32,000 nt of DNA, from contig NC_013926.1 of the NCBI RefSeq assembly GCF_000025665.1, positions 1,140,001 to 1,172,000 on the forward strand, read 5' to 3'. Position 1 is the stretch's first letter. Each line of letters opens with the position of its first letter. Shown piece after piece: positions 7,863 to 16,900 of this stretch. Source of the stretch: Aciduliprofundum boonei T469 (lineage in GTDB: Archaea > Thermoplasmatota > Thermoplasmata > Thermoplasmatales > Aciduliprofundaceae). A program made the position numbers and the translations under genes. The notes beneath the pieces are model-generated. The model saw nothing but the letters and a program-made list of their open reading frames with translations. It was not told the DNA's origin and did no database searches.

Positions 7863-8789
7863 GTGAAGGATAAGTTTGGAAGGCCTGTGAAGAGCATTCG
7901 TGTTTCTGTTACAGAAAGATGCAATCTCAACTGCTTTTACTGCCACAGAGAGGGAGAGTGGCATAGGCATCATAGTGAGATGACCCCTGATGAAATTGAG
8001 AGAATTTTGAAAATTGCGAGAGAGCTAGATATAAGGAAAGTAAAATTCACGGGAGGAGAACCTTTGTGTAGGAATGATATAGTGGAAATAGTGCTTAAGA
8101 GTGCACCTTTGATGGATAGGGATGTTTCTCTTACAACGAATGGAACTTTGCTTTCCAAATATGCTTATGAGTTGAAAGAAGTGGGATTGGATAGAGTTAA
8201 TGTGAGTTTAGATACTCTTGATCCTGAGAAATATAGGAGAATAACGAGAAAGGATATGCTGAATGATGCAATTGACGGAATTTATGCTGCAGTAGATGCT
8301 GGATTAAATCCAGTAAAACTCAATATGGTGCTCCTAAGGGGAATAAATGAGGATGAAATTGAGGATATGATTCGCTTTGCAGCTGATACTGGGGCAATTC
8401 TACAGATAATTGAGCTTGAGGCGCCTGTAGAAAAAGAGCAAACTGGATTTTTCAAAAAATATCATGTAAATCCAAAGTTTATAGAAGAGCACTTGGAAAA
8501 AATTGCAGAGCAAGTAAAGTACAATGAGCTGCACAGGAGAAGGCGGTTTGTATTCAATTTCGAGGGGAAGAAAGCTGAAGTTGAGATTGTTAGACCTATG
8601 CATAACAGTGAATTTTGTATGTACTGCACAAGAATTCGTCTTACTAGTGATGGTAAGTTAAAACCCTGTTTGCTTCGGGATGATAATTTAGTTGATATTC
8701 TTACTCCTCTCCGTAGTGGAGCTACGGAGAAAGAGCTAAAGGATTTGTTTATAGAAGCCATTATGCGGCGCGAGCCCTATTGGAAGTGA
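7863..8789 (+). CDS. moaA: GTP 3',8-cyclase (molybdenum cofactor biosynthesis protein A)
   Basis: 308 aa. Radical-SAM cluster motif CNLNCFYCH, FTGGEPL, NGTLL, and the C-terminal CMYCTRIRLTSDGKLKPCL second-cluster motif. GTG start with a TATA-like TTTATATC about 22 nt upstream. Confidence 0.9.
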   Translation: MKDKFGRPVKSIRVSVTERCNLNCFYCHREGEWHRHHSEMTPDEIERILKIARELDIRKVKFTGGEPLCRNDIVEIVLKSAPLMDRDVSLTTNGTLLSKYAYELKEVGLDRVNVSLDTLDPEKYRRITRKDMLNDAIDGIYAAVDAGLNPVKLNMVLLRGINEDEIEDMIRFAADTGAILQIIELEAPVEKEQTGFFKKYHVNPKFIEEHLEKIAEQVKYNELHRRRRFVFNFEGKKAEVEIVRPMHNSEFCMYCTRIRLTSDGKLKPCLLRDDNLVDILTPLRSGATEKELKDLFIEAIMRREPYWK

Positions 8790-8824
8790 AAATTTAAATA
8801 TTCCTTTCTATTACACCAGATTGT

Positions 8825-8898
8825 GCCGCCGTAGCTTAGTTGGCTGGAGCGGCCGGCTGTTAACCGGCAGGTCGCAGGTTCGAATCCTGCCGGCGGCG
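8825..8898 (+). tRNA. tRNA-Asn (anticodon GUU); integration target
   Basis: Hand-folded. Acceptor GCCGCCG/CGGCGGC. D stem GCTT/GAGC. Anticodon stem GCCGG/CCGGC with loop CT-GTT-AA. T arm GCAGG-TTCGAAT-CCTGC. Discriminator G. 74 nt. Confidence 0.92.
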
Positions 8899-8900
8899 CT
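8887..8900 (+). repeat. attL core (CTGCCGGCGGCGCT) overlapping the last 12 nt of tRNA-Asn
   Basis: Exact 14-mer, identical to 22183-22196. Confidence 0.75.
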
Positions 8901-8970
8901 GCTTTGAATTTATCTGCACCCATCAATAATTTTTTAGAGCTAGTGTTTTACGGGTTCTGTTTGAATTTGG

Positions 8971-9044
8971 ACGCCGTTTGGCGTGCTATAAAGTTTTCGG
9001 TTACCCCCTCAAAAATGCAGAGATCATGCGCCGCCGATTGGCGT
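8971..9044 (+). promoter_or_regulatory. Paired GC-rich palindromes (CGCCG-WTT-GGCGT) flanking a TATA-like box; candidate operator/promoter of the element's left-end operon
   Basis: CGCCGTTTGGCGT at 8972-8984 and CGCCGATTGGCGT at 9032-9044, exactly 60 bp apart. CTATAAAG lies at 8986-8993. The GGAGGTGG SD of the first element ORF follows at 9059. Confidence 0.4.
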
Positions 9045-9070
9045 CTGTATCGAAAAAGGAGGTGGTATGA

Positions 9071-9310
9071 ATGAAGAGGCCATATAAGTTGGAGATTTTG
9101 TGGAGCACGGGAGATTTAACGGAGAGTGGAATAACGGAAATAGAGAAAGAGCTTATAGGGGAGTATGGCTCTCTTTACATACTAACGAGGTACGAACTTA
9201 AAGGAGAGCCAAATGCTAGGCCAGTGAGCTATCAAGTGTGGGATAAGGAAGATAATCCGTTGATACCAATAGATACACAGCCCAGAGCGGAGGAATCAGC
9301 ATCTGCATGA
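9071..9310 (+). CDS. Hypothetical protein (79 aa), first gene of the element
   Basis: ORF with GGAGGTGG a few nt upstream of the ATG. No recognisable motif. Confidence 0.5.
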   Translation: MKRPYKLEILWSTGDLTESGITEIEKELIGEYGSLYILTRYELKGEPNARPVSYQVWDKEDNPLIPIDTQPRAEESASA

Positions 9311-9362
9311 TGTACTACATAGGGATGTTGGAAAAGGATGAAGTAGCACTGGAAGATGAACT

Positions 9363-10703
9363 ATGAGTACAGTGACAAATTCCTTGATTGAAGTGTTTCG
9401 TAATGGTGTTGCACTTACACCAAAAGAAGCTTTTTACATACTTCAAAGTAAAGGGATTAAAACAACATACAAGTCAGTGAGCAAGATTCTCTCTAGGCTT
9501 TATTACAGGGGAACATTAGAGCGTGCTGGAGGCAAATATATTTTTTCCTCACAAGGGCGACAGGTTGTTTCAAGCAAGGCGACATATGGAGACAATTTAA
9601 AGGTAGAGGGCGACAGTCAGAAAATGCAATATATTTCTGATTTTCCAAGCAGATATGTTTCAAATACAGTAAAATTGAAACGAAACGGCATAAGAAGTAA
9701 GCTAATGAAGAGATTTCTGGCCATATTGATGAACAACAACATAGAATTTTTTGATTCTAACAAGTTTTATCAATCTTTGCAGTCCAAGTATTGTTTCCAT
9801 CTCAATAGAAGCACTTATAGAGTGATATTACATAGGTTGAAACTCCGTGGTTTTCTAAGTTTCAGATTCAAAAGGTACTATGTGAATATGAATAAGGTGA
9901 GAGATTTCTTTAGCGTTTCAGATTTTGAGATTGGAGGTGCGAGTACCCATAGCATACCAAAAAATGGTGAAAATTACAAATTCCCCAAATACAAGGGTAC
10001 CCAACCATCCGTTTCAGAAATATTATCCGTTCGTGTCAGCGAGCATGCCCCAAGAGTGGATATAAAGATAAGCAAGTTCAGAAAAGAGATCGTAGAAGAG
10101 AAGTACAATCTTAAGGTGATAAATCCTAGAGATCCTTCTGGAAAGATGCGCTTCAAAGGAAAGCATATCAATGCCATAATAACGAAGAATGGGTATGTCA
10201 TGATAATTCCAAAAGATTCACAATGGCTAGAAGAGGTAAGGGAAGTTTTTGGAGAAGAGGCAGCTGCCAGTGCAAAGCTAAAGGGAGCTATGAAGCATAA
10301 GGAGTATGCGCTAGGAGATTTAGTCAAGCTTTACAAGTCAGAGAGGTTTGGAGCCCAGATAGATTATTCAGAGTTTAATGGGGACATAGGATTTCAAGGA
10401 GATGCGGAAAAAGTTGAGGTTGCGGATGAGATTTTTAGGCAGGAGATAATGAGCAAGGTATCTCAGAGCGCTTATCTGGCCGATATAATAGTTGATTTAG
10501 ATAGGACCTCAGAAGAGTTAAAAGAATTACTCAAAAATACGAGGGAAGAGGTCATGGCCCAAGTATTATTGAATTCTCAAGCGGTAAGTGCCATACGGGA
10601 ATCTGCGAGGGAGATAAGCAATGTTATGCGTCAATTTATAGATATATTAAAAAATGCCCAGAACGGAATGTTTTCTGGAGGAGAGGTTGAGGGTTATGCA
10701 TGA
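9363..10703 (+). CDS. Hypothetical 446-aa protein with two N-terminal wHTH-like segments and a helical/coiled C-terminus
   Basis: LTPKEAFYILQSKGIKTTYKSVSKILSRLYYRGTLER and NRSTYRVILHRLKLRGFLSF look like winged-helix recognition units. The C-terminal ~100 aa are heptad-like and rich in charged residues. No enzyme motif recognised. Confidence 0.6.
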   Translation: MSTVTNSLIEVFRNGVALTPKEAFYILQSKGIKTTYKSVSKILSRLYYRGTLERAGGKYIFSSQGRQVVSSKATYGDNLKVEGDSQKMQYISDFPSRYVSNTVKLKRNGIRSKLMKRFLAILMNNNIEFFDSNKFYQSLQSKYCFHLNRSTYRVILHRLKLRGFLSFRFKRYYVNMNKVRDFFSVSDFEIGGASTHSIPKNGENYKFPKYKGTQPSVSEILSVRVSEHAPRVDIKISKFRKEIVEEKYNLKVINPRDPSGKMRFKGKHINAIITKNGYVMIIPKDSQWLEEVREVFGEEAAASAKLKGAMKHKEYALGDLVKLYKSERFGAQIDYSEFNGDIGFQGDAEKVEVADEIFRQEIMSKVSQSAYLADIIVDLDRTSEELKELLKNTREEVMAQVLLNSQAVSAIRESAREISNVMRQFIDILKNAQNGMFSGGEVEGYA

Positions 10704-10935
10704 GCTAAAGAGATTTCAGATAAAGAGAATTATAGAGGAGGCTATGAGGATCACGAATGATATAACTCTGAGAGAGGATGTAAAGCTTGAGGACATTTAC
10801 AAGATAGCAGAGGCGGTTAAGGGAGAGAGATTAACAAAGAGGGAGAAGCTGATGATAGCAGGCATTGTGAAAAGGCACTATTCAACATATAGGGAGTTAG
10901 AGGATAATGAGTTGAAGGTTGTGGTGATGGTGTAG
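10696..10935 (+). CDS. Hypothetical protein (79 aa), translationally coupled to the upstream gene
   Basis: ATG 10696 overlaps the upstream stop (ATGCATGA) and is preceded by GGAGGAGAGGTTGAGGG. The track start at 10654 is inside the previous gene. Confidence 0.5.
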   Translation: MHELKRFQIKRIIEEAMRITNDITLREDVKLEDIYKIAEAVKGERLTKREKLMIAGIVKRHYSTYRELEDNELKVVVMV

Positions 10936-11080
10936 GAGCCAAATATAATCTATGCAACAGCATATAGTCTTTCTGCTTCTGCAAGAACTTCATTAGCAAT
11001 TGCATTTATCTTTCTATAATCTATTTTCATATTTGATTTTTCTAAAAGCACTTCTTTTACTATTACTCTTATTCTCTCTC

Positions 11081-12313
11081 TTACGTTCTCCTTTTTATTC
11101 CAATCTGCAATAGATCTTCTGGAGTAAGAATTTCAACATTTCTCATACCCTTAATTTTTCTGCGAGTAAAGAATATCTTTCTGCAGTAAAAATTCTCGGT
11201 TTTCTTCTCAAAGCTTTCTATGTCCTTTTTTGTTGCTTTTCCCCACTTAACCTCTCCAACTATTATGGGCTTGTTCCTTTTAGTTATCAGCATATCTATT
11301 TCCCTGTTTGCTTCCTTGAGGTATTCAACTCTACCTCCGTAGAGCTCTGCAAAAAGATCTGCAACGAATCTCTCTATAGCTAGGTTGTGAAGCTTCTCCA
11401 GTGTTGGTTTTACTTCATCGTAAGTGATTTCACGGGATAAGTCGTATCTAGAATCTAAGTAGTAAAACATCTTGGCTGGTTCTGAATCTATCTCGTAAAC
11501 ATACCTCTTCTTTCCGTACCTTTTTATCTCCCTCAAGATTCCCATATCTCTGAGGTTCTTTATGTAGGGAAGTACTGAAGAGCTCGCCGGGGATTTGATT
11601 ATTTTTCGTGAATATAATATGGAAGCAATTTCACGATAATCTAAATAACCTTCTCCTATCAGAGAAATTATAGAGTAATATGTCTTCGTTAACTCTCTCT
11701 CCTCCTCAGTGAATATTTCTCCTATGAGTGCTGGAATTGCGTACGGCAGAATGTTAAGTAGCGAGGGAAAGAATTTTTCAGGTGAGGTAAAAAGAGGAAT
11801 TGTCCAGGGATCACGGAGATAGGGGGCAACTTCAATAGCCTTCTCTGGAGAGAGATAAGAAAGAAGAGAATTAAGAATATCTTTTGCTCTTATTAATCCA
11901 AGGCGATAGGGATATATTATTCCCAAAAATGGTGAGTTCTTGGATAGAAGCTTTGATACAACGCTCATGCTTGAGCCGGAGAGTATAAGCCTGCCAGAAG
12001 GATGCACACTTGCAATATCGTCCCATACTTCCTCGGGCAATCTCTGAAACTCGTCAATTACCACAGTTTTTCCATCCACAAGGCCCCTCTTAACCTTTTC
12101 AATCATGCCCCCCGTATCTATTTTTTCATTCCCATTTTCCATTCTAATCCTGCCATCTCTCCGAATGAAAAAATAAATGTCATAATTTAGAAAATTCTTT
12201 ATGAGAAATGTTTTTCCAACTTTCCTCCTGCCAAAGAGCAGAATCCAGCCACCCATGCTTTTTATCTCCTCCGCCTCACTTCTGTTAACCACTATTCTTG
12301 AACCCATATTCAT
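11081..12313 (-). CDS. P-loop ATPase of the archaeal ATPase/DUF234 type with a C-terminal PD-(D/E)xK-like motif
   Basis: 410 aa. Walker A LLFGRRKVGKTF, Walker B VVIDEFQ, a central wHTH-like region (SSSVLPYIKNLRDMGILREI), and C-terminal REIDMLITKRNKPIIVGEVKWGK (D...E-V-K). Confidence 0.8.
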   Translation of the reverse strand: MNMGSRIVVNRSEAEEIKSMGGWILLFGRRKVGKTFLIKNFLNYDIYFFIRRDGRIRMENGNEKIDTGGMIEKVKRGLVDGKTVVIDEFQRLPEEVWDDIASVHPSGRLILSGSSMSVVSKLLSKNSPFLGIIYPYRLGLIRAKDILNSLLSYLSPEKAIEVAPYLRDPWTIPLFTSPEKFFPSLLNILPYAIPALIGEIFTEEERELTKTYYSIISLIGEGYLDYREIASILYSRKIIKSPASSSVLPYIKNLRDMGILREIKRYGKKRYVYEIDSEPAKMFYYLDSRYDLSREITYDEVKPTLEKLHNLAIERFVADLFAELYGGRVEYLKEANREIDMLITKRNKPIIVGEVKWGKATKKDIESFEKKTENFYCRKIFFTRRKIKGMRNVEILTPEDLLQIGIKRRT

Positions 12314-12618
12314 GAATCATGGTTCACAAATATTTAAGGGTTGTGATTTTGTGTTAGGCAATTTTGCTACGAAGTTTGAGAATAAATAGAAAGCTTTAAA
12401 GTAAAACCTTCGTTAATTTGTAAATATTTCCGCAATAGCAAGATAAATGAATAAATGGATAAATGATTTCGTTTTGGCCTAAAACGACACTATTAGAGCC
12501 CATAAATGCCTTTTCAAAGCTATGGGGTATATAAATAAACGGGCAGTTTTAGTATCGTTTAAAATAAACGAAACTAAAGATAAATCTCTCCAGGAAACTG
12601 AGTTTGACCGTAGAGCTT

Positions 12619-13380
12619 TCACCATAGCAGGTTCTTTTCCCTCTCCATCTTCCTTTTCCACTTCGCAACTTCTTCCTTCGTCACCAGCCAAGCACCCAAA
12701 TACAGATTGTAGATAGAACCATCCTCGTAAATCACATTGTTTCCATCCACCTTGTAGTGCAGTCCCGGTACCTTTGGAAAATCTATCTTCTCCTCCTTAT
12801 CTTCTTTAGCTGGAGATTCTTCAACCTGTGAGCTCTGTGTCTGGACAGCATCTGCAATCATGTCCAGCCTGTTCTTTATCTCCTCCAACTCTGGATAAAG
12901 CTCCGTTGCCACTGCCATCCCAACTCTGTCCTCTATGTTGAGAATCTCATTCGTTTTCCTGTAGTACTTCTCTCGGACATAGAGCTTCAGAGCTTCTCTC
13001 ACGATAGAGGATAAATTCTTGCCTCTCATTCTTGCTATGGACTCTATATCTTCCTTCAACTCACTGCTTACCTTTACCCGTATCTCTGGCATACTTCCCG
13101 CCATTTTTATCACCGCTTTTTCTCTCTTTAGAACCTCTATATAAAATTGTCTATGGGAGCGGAGTTCAATTTTTGCTGTATAGAACACATTCTCTTTGCA
13201 ATTTGCATTTTTGAAGTGGAAAATTTGCCAAATTTTTAGTGGAATTCTGGAAAACCCTTCTACAACATTATTTCCTTTCAATTTCTCCACTGTTTGGTGG
13301 AATTTCTCCTCCCTGAAATACACTTTTGGGATGTTGAAAATTCTTCGTTCTTTTCTGCTTCTCCTTACAAGGCACTTCAT
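12619..13380 (-). CDS. Ribbon-helix-helix domain protein (start uncertain: 13380 or 13104)
   Basis: The RHH segment MPEIRVKVSSELKEDIESIARMRGKNLSSIVREALKLYV lies mid-ORF. ATG 13104 has GGTGATAAAA upstream. ATG 13380 sits 24 nt downstream of a TTATTTATA box, which fits a leaderless start. No stop codon lies between the two. Confidence 0.6.
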   Translation of the reverse strand: MKCLVRRSRKERRIFNIPKVYFREEKFHQTVEKLKGNNVVEGFSRIPLKIWQIFHFKNANCKENVFYTAKIELRSHRQFYIEVLKREKAVIKMAGSMPEIRVKVSSELKEDIESIARMRGKNLSSIVREALKLYVREKYYRKTNEILNIEDRVGMAVATELYPELEEIKNRLDMIADAVQTQSSQVEESPAKEDKEEKIDFPKVPGLHYKVDGNNVIYEDGSIYNLYLGAWLVTKEEVAKWKRKMEREKNLLW

Positions 13381-13978
13381 TTTGGTGGAGCTCGCTTATC
13401 TTGCTATAAATAATAAATATTTTATAAGGGAACTCCACAGAATTGCGTTGAATTGCTAGCAGGATTAGATTTACACGGTGTCTTCTGGATGTACATTGTT
13501 TGTATATCCCTACGAGTATATTTCGGGAAATGATGTGCTAAGTCAATAGTATATAAAGCCTCTTTTTCAGAATTGCAAGGAAAGTATGTATTATAATACT
13601 TCAACTTACAATTTATTAATTGATTGATTAATTAATTAACTCCAAAAATAAAATAATAAGGGGAGAGATGGTATCTCACCTATAATATCTCCGTTTATTA
13701 AAAAAGAAATTATTAATTCTGGCGGGGGAGGTTTAAAATTTGGGATTGCTAGAGAAATTAGTTCTATGTTTGTTCTCTGCGATGTGGCATTTTCTTCTAA
13801 ACTTAGTGGAGCTAAATGTAATGAAGTTAGTAAAATGAAATCTTTAAAGAGATGTGGAAAGAAGGTATGTTGAGATGTAATATTACAAACGTAATTAAAG
13901 TTAAAATAAATTTTATAATAGCTTATTTCGTAAAGTATTTATAATATAAGTTGCATATCTTTTGCCGTTGCATAGAAG

Positions 13979-16900
13979 GTGGTGGAAACGAAGAGTAGTG
14001 GATTTGTGAAGGTATTGGTGATTTCCTTGGTTCTTTTAATGATTTTCAGTGGGCTTGGAGTTGTTATGAATGCCACGGGAGTTAGTACTCATAAAACATC
14101 TTTAACTTCTAATGAAGCAAATGTTGTGAAGGCGCATATACTTGATACATCCTTCTCTGATTTCAAATTCAAGAAAATTAGCCAAGGAGATATAAATAAA
14201 ATGTTAGAGCTGAGAGAAAAGATAATTGGGAGATTAAATGAAAGTGATGGTGGAAAATCATACCATAACTTACCTGAATATAATATGGAAAATTCTGCAG
14301 TTCGTATGGAACATCTATCGTATATGAATACCCGCATAGATTTTAATAATAATGCCACGCCCATGATAGATGGACATGCTACAGGATTGATCTTACCCGA
14401 TAGAAAAGAGCTTGAGAATTTGATTGGACACAAGATGATAATCGGTTTGAATACAAAGGTAAGAGAGCCAAGCAGTGTAAGGTGGGACTTAGATCCGCAT
14501 TTTCCACCGGTGGGAGATCAAGAATGGCAAGGATCTTGTACAGCTTGGGCTGTAAGCTACTATCAAAACGGGTTTTTGCAGAGAATGATTTACAACTGGA
14601 CAGATGACTCTCTCGGTCACCTTATGAGCCCTTCTTGGACTTACAACAAGGCAAATTTTGGAGAGGATGGAGGGAGTACTTTTGAAGGTAATATTGAGGT
14701 GATTGAGAGTGTTGGAGATGCCACTCTGGCCAACATGACTTATAATCCTTCAGATTATGTCTCTTGGGGAGATGAGAATGCTTGGAGAGATGCACCCAAG
14801 CATAGAATTGGGAATTATTACCTTGTTTATTTTGGAAACGATAGTGGAATTGCAACTATAAAAGAGCTATTGCAAGAAGGTTATTTGGTTACATTCGGTA
14901 TAGATGCCTCTCAATTTGGTAATGGCTTTGCAGATGGAAACTACATAATTTCTTCGCAGGAATACAATTCTAACTCTCCTAATCATGCTCAAACAATCGT
15001 GGGATATGATGATAACATAACAGATGATGGAGATGTTGGAGCGTTTAGAGTTGTAAATTCATGGGGTACAGACTGGGGAGATCATGGATTTTACTGGATT
15101 ACATACAAAGCCTTGGAGGAAAAAATATCTCAGGGTTGGCCCTATGCTCGTGTTCTAGTTCCACTCTCTCAACATCCATATAATCCAAAGCTACTTGCCA
15201 TTTGGCATTTTAGCAATCCTGGACCGAGAGATGCACCTGTAAACATAACAATAGGCTCTGAAAACTCAAGTTTATATAGAACTCCAATCTGGAATGGAGG
15301 AAATCACTATTTTCCAAGTTTTATGGCTCTTGATATTACTGAGTTCTACAATGAATGGGTAAATTCGAGCTATAAGGATAAGTTCTACCTAAAGATCGGA
15401 TCGAGCAGCAGCGGCTCTAGCACAGTGGACTCTTTCAAGATAGACTACTATCCATACGGATATAAATACTTGTGGCAAAACTCCACAGAATCTCGAGATG
15501 TTCCTGCCATCACTCCTTTAATAATAAAATCCGCTGAATTCATGCCTAGTGAATACTTTCCTTACATATATATAAATCCTATACATACTATTTTTCATAA
15601 ATACTATCATTTAAATGTGACTGATGTTATTTTAGGTAATGCAGGTAATTCCACAGATGCTTTACTTTTTTATGCTGAAGCGACAAATGGATGGTCTGTT
15701 CATCCCTCTTATAAAAAAATAGTCTTACGTTCTAATGAAATTCAGAATATTGAGCTGAATATAACACCGCCAAACAATGTTAAGTTAGGTGACAAGACAA
15801 CAATAAAAATAAAAGTTATTTCACAAAATGATACATCCAAATCATATATGTTAAATATAAAAGAGATCTACCTTTCAAATATAATATACATCGATGGAGA
15901 TTCAGATTTTAAATATCAAGCAAAAATTTTTGGCTGGCCTGGAAATGGTTCTGAAGATAACCCATACATTATATCTGGTCATAAAATAGATGCTAGTAAT
16001 ATAAGCTTTGGTATTTATATCCGCAATACTAGAGTTCATTTTATTGTAACTGACTGTGAAATATATCATAGCAGTGCTTATTACTCTTGGCCCACCCCAT
16101 ACGGTGAAGGAGTTTGGCTTTATAATGTATGGTATGCCAAAATATACAACAACATCTTTCATAATAACGGAAATCATACACTTCTAAGAGGTGGCGATGG
16201 TATATTCTTACAATACTCCCTCTATTCCCTAGTTTTCAACAATATAGTTTATAATAATTGGAATGGAATTACATTGTATTACTCTTATGAAAATATAATA
16301 AAAAGTAACATTATTAAAAATAATGGAGAATCAGGCATATCTATTTTATCTTCAGGTAAAAATAGCTTATATCATAATAATATGACTAACAACGGAATCT
16401 TTTTATATGGGGGATTTAATACATATATAACACAGAAAATTCCTATCAATAATACAATAAATGGCAAATCCGTATTTTACTATATAAATAGTAATCACAA
16501 TTTTACAGCTCCACCAAATATTGGTGAAATTATTTTAGGAAATGTTAGTAATTTAAAAATAGAAAATACAACCTTACTAGGCCTAAACTATGGTATTCAA
16601 ATAGCCTACTCATCTAATGTTACAATAATAAATTCAACCGTAGAAGGTATCAGTATTCAGGGTTCAAATAATATAACAGTCGACAACACACATTGTGAAG
16701 GTGGTATAGACGGTGTAGTAACTATGGGATCTTCAAAAATTTTGATAAAAAACAGCACTTTTAAAAATAAGCAGATTGGAGTGTACTTTTTTGATACTGA
16801 AAAAAGTATTGCAGTAAACAATACATTTTATGATTGTGAGAGTGGAATTGAAATAGTTTTCTCTAGTAATAATTTAGTTAAAAATAATCATATTGTTGGA

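Noticed and set aside
10952-11030. Minus-strand 26-aa ORF (MKIDYRKINAIANEVLAEAERLYAVA) just downstream of the ATPase gene, open further upstream without a start.
   Set aside because: It is too short, has no start signals, and is terminated where it would enter the convergent gene. It may be a gene remnant but cannot be supported.
12479-12716. Overlapping 70-aa (minus) and 64-aa (plus) ORFs at the 3' end of the RHH gene.
   Set aside because: They overlap each other and the better-supported 12619..13380 gene or the intergenic repeats. Neither has start signals or motifs.
13422-13604. 60-aa minus-strand ORF in the noncoding gap.
   Set aside because: It begins with TTG and has no SD or TATA at a suitable distance, and no internal ATG until late. 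Its composition is that of translated spacer.
13766-13873. 35-aa Cys-containing ORF (MFVLCDVAFSSKLSGAKCNEVSKMKSLKRCGKKVC) in the large noncoding gap.
   Set aside because: No SD or correctly spaced TATA box, and no recognisable CxxC metal-binding spacing. An ORF of this length is expected by chance in 600 bp.
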